A DNA stretch of 64,000 bases from positions 172 through 64,171 of the forward strand of contig JACQIX010000010.1 in assembly GCA_016198275.1 (NCBI GenBank), given 5' to 3'. This DNA is from Candidatus Daviesbacteria bacterium. GTDB lineage: Bacteria > Patescibacteriota > Microgenomatia > Daviesbacterales > UBA10151. The notes below the pieces were generated by a model. It was not told the origin of the DNA, did not search any database, and saw nothing but the letters and a program-made list of their open reading frames with translations. Shown here piece by piece: positions 57,353 to 64,000 of the stretch. Positions within the stretch are counted from its first letter, which is position 1, and each line of letters opens with the position of its first letter. A program made the position numbers and the translations under genes.

Positions 57353-57744
57353 CAAAGTCTTTAGTCAATACAGTCGGCAGAAGAAAAGAGGCAATTGCCA
57401 GAGTCAGGTTATCAGCAGGCAAAGGGCAAATTACTGTCAATGGAAAGCCGATTACAGAGTATTTCCCAGGAATAATTTTTCAAAAGATCTACCAAAGCCC
57501 TTTAGAAATTACCAAAACTTTTTCTCAATTTGCAATTTCTGCCAAAGTCACTGGTGGGGGAAAGATAGCACAATTGGGGGCAGTAGTGCATGGGATGGTC
57601 AGGGCAATTGCCGAAACTCAACCAACTTTAAGGCCAGTTTTAAAAAAAGCAGGTTTACTGACCCGTGATGCCAGGGTGAAAGAAAGAAGAAAATATGGTA
57701 ATGCCCAAAAAGCCAGAGCTAAAAAACAATCTCCAAAAAGATAG
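57349..57744 (+). CDS. rpsI: 30S ribosomal protein S9
   Basis: [27 protein letters not shown]. Confidence 0.98.
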   Translation: MTKSLVNTVGRRKEAIARVRLSAGKGQITVNGKPITEYFPGIIFQKIYQSPLEITKTFSQFAISAKVTGGGKIAQLGAVVHGMVRAIAETQPTLRPVLKKAGLLTRDARVKERRKYGNAQKARAKKQSPKR

Positions 57745-57761
57745 TATTTCTGTAGTTTTTA

Positions 57762-57770
57762 TGATATAAT
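57762..57770 (+). promoter_or_regulatory. Extended -10 promoter of the trp leader
   Basis: TGaTATAAT. Confidence 0.65.
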
Positions 57771-57790
57771 GATTTTACAACTGAATAATG

Positions 57791-58054
57791 AAATGCGTTG
57801 ATTCGGAAGGTTGGAACCGGATCGCCCAAAAGGCACGCAGAGCAAAAGTATGCTACAGAGGCGAAACTGTAAAAGTTAGCAACATGTGTCGTAGTAACGG
57901 AGCATGTCATGAATAAGGTTAGCTTATTCCTTTGACTATATCCCTGGCGACAGGGATTTTTTAATGGATATATGTTAATACAGCAAGGTGGCACCGCCTT
58001 TAGAAGGCCCTTGTTAAATCATCAATTAATTGGTGGTTTAGCGAGGGCTTTCTT
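57791..58054 (+). ncRNA. Trp T-box riboswitch (transcriptional)
   Basis: T-box CAAGG-TGGCACC-GC at 57984-57997 pairing with GC/CCTTG; overlapping terminator 58007-58054; TGG at 57812-57814 in the 5' hairpin loop. Confidence 0.85.
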
Positions 58055-58068
58055 AATGGAGAAAATAT

Positions 58069-59448
58069 ATGAATAAATTGCCTAAAATTAAAATATCGAA
58101 AAAACCTACATATCTTAAATTTGCAGAAGATATAGATTTTTACGAGCTGTTTGCCAAAATAGAACAGCAATTTGATACATGTTTTATTTTCGAATCCTTA
58201 GGAGAAGAAGGAAAGTTTTCCAGATACTCAATCATCGGATTTGATCCGCCTTCAATTATCTCAGCAAGAAGAAATAATTTAAAAATTGATAATAAAATTT
58301 ATTCTGTCAAAAATCCTTTAGATTCTAAGGATCGCAAGGATTTCAATCCTTATCTTGCTTTAAGGGAAATTTTACCTCCCCAAACAATTACCAGAAATTA
58401 TGCTGGTGGATTAATAGGGTACTTAAGTTATGAAGCAATAAATTTATTTGGAAACTCCCTTAAAGTAAAAGAGCACAAGCTTTTTCCCTTATTTAAATTC
58501 GGAGTTTATTTAGATGGAATTGTGCTGGATAAATTAACTAATGAACTTTATTACTTTTATTATGACAAAAATAGACTTGAAGAAATTAAAAGAATTATTA
58601 GAAAACCACTTAAAAAGAGAAGCTTAAAAGTTAAATTTCTTAGGGATACTCTTTCGAAAGAGCAACATCAAAAGATTGTTAATCTGGTAAAAGAGGAAAT
58701 AATTGCTGGAAATACCTTTCAATGTGAGGTAGGTTTTAAATCTGAATTTGAAATAGAGGGTGATTATTTAGAAATATATAGAAGATTAAGGAAGGTTAAT
58801 CCCTCTCCTTTTATGTATTATTTAAAATTTGGTAATCAGATTATTATTGGTGCTTCCCCAGAACTTTTATTGAGGCTTAAAGACGGTGATATGGAAACAT
58901 TTCCATTAGCAGGTACTATTAAAAGAGGCCAAACAGAAAATGAAGATGCTCTTTTTGCAAGACAACTTCTAAATGATCCTAAAGAAATTGCAGAGCATAA
59001 TATGTTAGTAGATTTATCACGGAATGATTTAGGAAGAGTAGGTAAATTTGGAACTGTAAAGGTTAGAAGTTTAATGGATATAAAGAAATTCTCTCATGTT
59101 GCTCATATATCCTCTGAGATAACAGGAATTATTAAAGATGACGAAGATATGTTTTCTGCTTTAATTTCCAGCTTCCCTATGGGTACTGTTACTGGTACTC
59201 CTAAAATTGAAACAATAAAAATTATAGATAGAAATGAACCTGATGCCAGAGGTCCTTACGGAGGCGCAGTTGGCCATTTTGGTTTTAATGGTGATTGCAC
59301 ATTTGCTCTTCCTTTAAGAAGTTTATTTATTAGTGGTAATTATGCCTATGTTCAGACTTGTTCAGGAATTGTTTATGATTCTTCAGCTGAAAAAGAATTT
59401 GATGAAGTTCAGAGAAAATTGCAAGCTATGAAGGAGGTATTAAAGTGA
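58069..59448 (+). CDS. trpE: Anthranilate synthase component I
   Basis: NPSPFMY, GASPE, PLAGT, KEIAEHNMLVDLSRNDLG, GTVTGTPK. Confidence 0.95.
   Translation: MNKLPKIKISKKPTYLKFAEDIDFYELFAKIEQQFDTCFIFESLGEEGKFSRYSIIGFDPPSIISARRNNLKIDNKIYSVKNPLDSKDRKDFNPYLALREILPPQTITRNYAGGLIGYLSYEAINLFGNSLKVKEHKLFPLFKFGVYLDGIVLDKLTNELYYFYYDKNRLEEIKRIIRKPLKKRSLKVKFLRDTLSKEQHQKIVNLVKEEIIAGNTFQCEVGFKSEFEIEGDYLEIYRRLRKVNPSPFMYYLKFGNQIIIGASPELLLRLKDGDMETFPLAGTIKRGQTENEDALFARQLLNDPKEIAEHNMLVDLSRNDLGRVGKFGTVKVRSLMDIKKFSHVAHISSEITGIIKDDEDMFSALISSFPMGTVTGTPKIETIKIIDRNEPDARGPYGGAVGHFGFNGDCTFALPLRSLFISGNYAYVQTCSGIVYDSSAEKEFDEVQRKLQAMKEVLK
58311..58351. repeat. 33-bp in-frame palindromic insert with flanking AATCCTT direct repeat in trpE
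   Basis: AAATCCTT-tagattctaaggatcgc-AAGGATTT; AATCCTT at 58312 and 58345. Confidence 0.55.
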
Positions 59449-60044
59449 AAGTATTAATTATAGATAACTATGACTCGTTTACTTATAACCTATACCAATA
59501 TATAGGAGAGTTACTAGAGGAGAGAAAAATACAATTTACACTTGAAGTTTTTAGAAACGATAAAGTAACTATTAGTGAAATAAACAAAAGAGGATACAAT
59601 AAAATCATTATTTCCCCTGGTCCTGGTTCTCCAAATGATAAAAAATATTTTGGTGTATGTGCAGATGTATTAACAAAACTGAATAAAAAAATTCCAATTC
59701 TTGGAGTGTGTTTGGGTATGCAAGGAATGGCACACTATTTTGGAGGTAAAGTAATTAGAGCGAAGCAACCTATGCACGGAAAGACAAGTATCATAGAGCA
59801 TGATGAACAAGGTGTATTTAAAGGTTTACCACAAAATTTGGAAGTTATGAGATATCACTCTCTTGTTGCAGAAAAGGACACATTACCTGAGTGCTTAAAG
59901 ATTACAGCAGAGTCTAAAGATACTAATGAAATAATGGGTCTACGGCATATAACTTATCCAATTGAGGGCATCCAATTTCACCCTGAATCTTTTGCAACAG
60001 AAGGAGGTAAGAGATTATTAACAAATTTTCTCTTTCAAACTTAA
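59445..60044 (+). CDS. trpG: Anthranilate synthase component II
   Basis: IDNYDSFTYNL, SPGPG, GVCLGMQ, RYHSL, QFHPES. Confidence 0.96.
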   Translation: MKVLIIDNYDSFTYNLYQYIGELLEERKIQFTLEVFRNDKVTISEINKRGYNKIIISPGPGSPNDKKYFGVCADVLTKLNKKIPILGVCLGMQGMAHYFGGKVIRAKQPMHGKTSIIEHDEQGVFKGLPQNLEVMRYHSLVAEKDTLPECLKITAESKDTNEIMGLRHITYPIEGIQFHPESFATEGGKRLLTNFLFQT

Positions 60045-60046
60045 AT

Positions 60047-61078
60047 ATGGATACAACAACGTTATTGAATAAATTAATTGATAGAAATGATCTCTCTAGC
60101 AAAGAATCCTCTTATCTATTAGAGAAAATTATTGCAGGAGAATTAAATCCTACTCAGGTTGCTGGGATACTTGTTGCGCTTAGAAGTAAGAGAGAGACTG
60201 TAGATGAAATCTTAGGATTCATAGAAACTATGAGAAGGCATATGGTTAAGGTAAATGCACCAGGGGCTTTAGATATTGTTGGTACTGGTGGAGATAATAG
60301 CGGAACTTTTAATATTTCAACTGCTACCAGTTTTGTAGTTGCTGGTGGGGGGGTTCCTATTGCTAAACATGGGAATAGGGCAGTTAGCAGCAAATGTGGT
60401 AGTGCCGATGTTTTAGAGGCTTTGGGAGTCAATATTAATTTGGCACCAAACCAAGCAGAGAATGTATTTAAAAAAGTGGGAATGGTTTTCTTATTTGCTC
60501 CACTTTTCCATCCCGTTATGAAACAGATAGGGCCAGTCAGGAAAGAATTAGGACTCAGAACAATTTTCAACTTCTTAGGACCTTTTCTAAATCCTGCCTC
60601 AACGAAAAAACAGCTCTTAGGTGTTCCTAATTTGGAAATGGCTAAAAAATTAGCCCAAGTTGCTATAAAATTAAGATTTACTCATTTAATGATTATCACC
60701 AGTGTAGATGGGATGGATGAAATCACGACTACCGCTAAAACAAAAGTCCTTGAAGTGAAAGGGAATAAATTAAACTCATATGTTATTTCACCAAAACAGT
60801 TTGGGATAAAAAAGGGAATGAAAAAAGACTTACAAGGATTTGATCCAAGTGATAATGCAGCAATAATTTTAAATATTCTTAAAGGCAAAAAAGGTCCACA
60901 AAGAGAAATTGTAGTTTTAAACAGCGCAGCTACCTTTTATTTAGCTGGAAAAGCCAAAGATATGAAGGTGGGGATTTCTTTAGCAGAAAAGTCAATAGAT
61001 CAAGACTTAGCTTTGAAAGTTCTAGAAAACTTAATAACCGCAACTAATGTTGTAAAGGAGAGCAAGATTTATGCATAA
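60047..61078 (+). CDS. trpD: Anthranilate phosphoribosyltransferase
   Basis: DIVGTGGD, NIST, KHGNR..SS.CGSADVL, RTIFN.LGP. Confidence 0.97.
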   Translation: MDTTTLLNKLIDRNDLSSKESSYLLEKIIAGELNPTQVAGILVALRSKRETVDEILGFIETMRRHMVKVNAPGALDIVGTGGDNSGTFNISTATSFVVAGGGVPIAKHGNRAVSSKCGSADVLEALGVNINLAPNQAENVFKKVGMVFLFAPLFHPVMKQIGPVRKELGLRTIFNFLGPFLNPASTKKQLLGVPNLEMAKKLAQVAIKLRFTHLMIITSVDGMDEITTTAKTKVLEVKGNKLNSYVISPKQFGIKKGMKKDLQGFDPSDNAAIILNILKGKKGPQREIVVLNSAATFYLAGKAKDMKVGISLAEKSIDQDLALKVLENLITATNVVKESKIYA

Positions 61079-61850
61079 AATACTGCAGGATATTATTAAT
61101 AGTACTGCTAAGGAAGTTAAAAAAAGAAAGAGTCAATCCAGTATGGATGACCTAGTTTCATATGGGCACTTACCTTTTAAGCAACGTATTCTAAATCCAA
61201 GAATTGGAGATATAGGACTCATTGCTGAAATTAAATTAGCCTCTCCCTCGGAGGGAAAATTAGGAGAAAAAGTGGATATTCGCAGTAGATTACAAGAGTA
61301 TCAAAACGCGGGAGCTGATGCAGTTTCTGTTATCACAGAAAATAATTTTTTTAGAGGTAGTCTAGATTTGGTATCTACTGTAAAAAGAATTATTTTAAAT
61401 CTACCTATATTGCAAAAAGACTTTATAATTGACGATTTTCAGATTGAGGAAAGTTGTAAATCGGGAGTAGATGCTTTACTACTGATTGCTAGCATAGTAA
61501 ATGTTACTCAGCTAAAAAGATATGTAAAACTTTGTAGAGAGAAAGAACTAGAACCAGTTGTAGAAATATGTAGTGAAGATGATCTAGTTGGAGCAATCAG
61601 ATCAGAAACTGAAATAATTGCTGTTAATGCTAGGGATTTAGATAGTTTTGAAGTAAATGTAGATCGGGCATGTAAACTTCTCAAAAAAATTCCAGAAGAA
61701 TTTATCAAGTTAGGTTTCTCTGGAGTTCATTCAAGATCTGAAGTAGAAAAATATAAATTAGCTGGAGCGAAAGCTGTTTTAGTTGGCACGGAACTTATGA
61801 AGACAAATAATATTAATAAAAAGATTTTGGAGTTAAAAAATGCAAGTTAA
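61071..61850 (+). CDS. trpC: Indole-3-glycerol phosphate synthase
   Basis: IAEIKLASPS, SVITE, KDFII, VNARDL. Confidence 0.95.
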   Translation: MHKILQDIINSTAKEVKKRKSQSSMDDLVSYGHLPFKQRILNPRIGDIGLIAEIKLASPSEGKLGEKVDIRSRLQEYQNAGADAVSVITENNFFRGSLDLVSTVKRIILNLPILQKDFIIDDFQIEESCKSGVDALLLIASIVNVTQLKRYVKLCREKELEPVVEICSEDDLVGAIRSETEIIAVNARDLDSFEVNVDRACKLLKKIPEEFIKLGFSGVHSRSEVEKYKLAGAKAVLVGTELMKTNNINKKILELKNAS

Positions 61851-62430
61851 AGTCAAGATTTGCGGTATTAGAAATATAGAGGCTGCAAAGGTAGCTACGG
61901 AAGCAGGTGCTGACTTTTTAGGTTTTAATTTTGTACCAAGTTCTAAAAGATACATTAATCCTGCTATTGCATTGGAAATTATTAATTCAGTAAGAGATAA
62001 AGTTAAAGTTGTGGGAGTATTCCAAAATGCAAAAAATACTGAAGTTAATAAAATTGCATTAGATTTAAAATTAGATTTTGTCCAACTTCATGGTAATGAA
62101 AATAATGAATATATAAATAAGGTAGGTACCCCAGTAATTAATTTTATTACATTAGATGATCAACCAGAAAAATTTAGAGTAGATTATTTCTTACTCGATA
62201 GACCTAAAAGAGGAAAAGGTAATATAGTAGATTTAGAAAAAGCAAAAAAGTTGACTGCAAATTCTCCTTTATTTTTTGCTGGAGGTTTAACACCTGATAA
62301 TGTGTTGATGGTAGTTAAACAAGTCAAACCTTTTGCTGTTGATGTGGCAGGTGGCATTGAGACAGATGGTCATCAGGATCTAGAGAAAATAAAATTATTT
62401 ATTGGAAATGCTAAAGGAGTAACTTTATGA
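61840..62430 (+). CDS. trpF: Phosphoribosylanthranilate isomerase
   Basis: [21 protein letters not shown]. Confidence 0.95.
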   Translation: MQVKVKICGIRNIEAAKVATEAGADFLGFNFVPSSKRYINPAIALEIINSVRDKVKVVGVFQNAKNTEVNKIALDLKLDFVQLHGNENNEYINKVGTPVINFITLDDQPEKFRVDYFLLDRPKRGKGNIVDLEKAKKLTANSPLFFAGGLTPDNVLMVVKQVKPFAVDVAGGIETDGHQDLEKIKLFIGNAKGVTL

Positions 62431-63656
62431 AAAGGGGACACTTCGGAGAATTTGGTGGTAGGTATGTACCCGAGATGCTAATCCCAGTTCTAGAAGAATT
62501 AGAGCAAACTTATTTAGAGGTAAAGAAGGATAAAAAGTTTCAGAAGGAATTTAAAGATCTCTTAAAAACTTATTGTGGTAGACCTACTCCATTAACTTTT
62601 GCTCAAAATTTATCTGAGAAATTAGGTGGTGCAAAAATATATCTTAAAAATGAAGGATTAAACCTAACAGGAGCACATAAAATTACACACTGTATTGGTC
62701 AAGCATTGCTTGCCAAAAGAATGAGTAAAACTAGACTTATCGCAGAAACAGGAGCAGGACAACATGGAGTAGCAACAGCAACAGTGGCAGCTAGATTTGG
62801 ATTTTCTTGTACTGTTTATATGGGTGAAGTAGATATTCAAAGGCAAAGGCCAAATGTATTTTTGATGGAACAGCTTGGGGCAGAAGTTATTCCAGTTAGT
62901 TTTGGTCAGAAAACTTTAAAAGATGCAGTTAATGCTGCTTTAAAGGATTATATTGAGAATGTTAAGACAACTCATTATGTTTTAGGTTCTGTAGTTGGCC
63001 CGCATCCTTTCCCTACTATCAACAGGGATTTTCAATCTGTTGTTGGAAAAGAGATAAGAAAGCAAATTAACAAAGTAGAACAAAGATTACCTGATTATGT
63101 TATTGCCTGTGTGGGTGGTGGCAGTAATGCTATAGGAGCTTTTACAGATTTTATTCATGAGTCTTCAGTTAGACTTTTGGGTGTGGAGGCAGGAGGGAAA
63201 GGGAAAGAAATTGGCGAAAATGCCACACGTTTTCCAACTGGAAGCATAGGAGTAATTGAAGGATATAAGTCATATTTTCTACAAGATAGTGATGGCAACT
63301 TGCAAAAAACACACAGTATTTCGGCTGGTCTTGATTATCCGGGAATAGGACCACAATTATCTGACCTACAAAATAGTGGAAGAGTAAAATTTACCTCAGT
63401 TACAGATAAGGAAGCACTCGAAGCATTTAGACTACTTGCTCAAACTGAAGGAATTATCCCAGCATTAGAATCTGCTCATGCTGTTGCAGAGGCAATTAAA
63501 CTAGCACCCAAATTAAATAAAGATCAAGTCATAGTAGTTAACCTTTCAGGTAGAGGAGATAAGGATTTATTTATTATCGCAAAATCGTTTAGAGATAAAA
63601 ACTTCTTTCAATTTTTAAAAGACTATATAAAGGAGGAAGAAAATGAATTTGATTGA
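62427..63656 (+). CDS. trpB: Tryptophan synthase beta chain
   Basis: [41 protein letters not shown]. Confidence 0.98.
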   Translation: MKRGHFGEFGGRYVPEMLIPVLEELEQTYLEVKKDKKFQKEFKDLLKTYCGRPTPLTFAQNLSEKLGGAKIYLKNEGLNLTGAHKITHCIGQALLAKRMSKTRLIAETGAGQHGVATATVAARFGFSCTVYMGEVDIQRQRPNVFLMEQLGAEVIPVSFGQKTLKDAVNAALKDYIENVKTTHYVLGSVVGPHPFPTINRDFQSVVGKEIRKQINKVEQRLPDYVIACVGGGSNAIGAFTDFIHESSVRLLGVEAGGKGKEIGENATRFPTGSIGVIEGYKSYFLQDSDGNLQKTHSISAGLDYPGIGPQLSDLQNSGRVKFTSVTDKEALEAFRLLAQTEGIIPALESAHAVAEAIKLAPKLNKDQVIVVNLSGRGDKDLFIIAKSFRDKNFFQFLKDYIKEEENEFD

Positions 63657-64000
63657 CAAACAACTTAGAAAAATCGAAGAAGAAAAAAGATTGGGATTAA
63701 TGACTCATGTTGTGGTGGGGTATCCCTCACTTGAAACTACAGAATTCTTAGTTAGGGTAATGGAAGAAGCAGGAGTAGATTTTATTGAGCTACAGATTCC
63801 CTTTTCCGATCCGCTAGCAGACGGTCCAATAATCATGAGGGCTTGTGAGAAAGCCTTAGAAAATGGAACAAGAGTTAAAGATGCTTTTGAACTGGCGAGT
63901 AGATTATCAAAACAAGTTAAGATATCTCTTATTTTCATGGCTTATTACAATACAGTTTTTAAATATGGTACTAAAAAGTTTTGCCAAGATGCCAAGAATG
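63643..64000 (+). CDS. trpA: Tryptophan synthase alpha chain (5' part, cut by window end)
   Basis: Manual translation MNLIDKQL...GYP...[17 protein letters not shown]; AAGGAGG SD. Confidence 0.95.
   Translation, partial: MNLIDKQLRKIEEEKRLGLMTHVVVGYPSLETTEFLVRVMEEAGVDFIELQIPFSDPLADGPIIMRACEKALENGTRVKDAFELASRLSKQVKISLIFMAYYNTVFKYGTKKFCQDAKN

Noticed and set aside
57719-57994. 91-aa minus-strand ORF
   Set aside because: Antisense to the T-box leader; no protein features
63705-63938. 77-aa minus-strand ORF
   Set aside because: Antisense shadow of trpA
1-64000. Alternative genetic code (TGA=Gly) as in Gracilibacteria/SR1
   Set aside because: TGA terminates pnp, rplB, rpsE, adk, infA and trpE at the expected positions

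Overview
Core-genome window from a reduced-genome bacterium, most likely Patescibacteria/CPR (Microgenomates-like). This is inferred from the missing rpmD, an IF2 without its N-domain, an AlaRS without C-Ala, a sortase, and TGA used as a stop. Order: nusA-infB, a DHH-like gene and a small secreted-protein island, rpsO-pnp-(Lon AAA+ module)-rnj-ftsK, tsaC-rodZ-alaS-(FtsA-like/baseplate-J-like)-sortase-yqgF-mltG-RFK, a two-gene carbohydrate island, rpoBC, a fragmented str operon, the S10/spc/alpha clusters with a toxin-antitoxin pair after secY, rplM-rpsI, and a trpEGDCFBA operon (trpA cut by the window end). Most notable: (1) a transcriptional Trp T-box that appears to have an ultrashort Stem I with UGG in a terminal loop; (2) several families of tiny palindromic or tandem repeats inserted in-frame in essential genes (fusA, rplC, rplD, rplW, mltG, trpE, rpsQ, rplV) and built into an rplC leader attenuator; (3) minimal or degenerate proteins (GreA coiled-coil only, Lon AAA+ only, degenerate DHH and metzincin); (4) many promoters placed almost directly on start codons. 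No tRNA, rRNA, CRISPR array or transposase was seen. All structures and family calls were made by eye, without tools.
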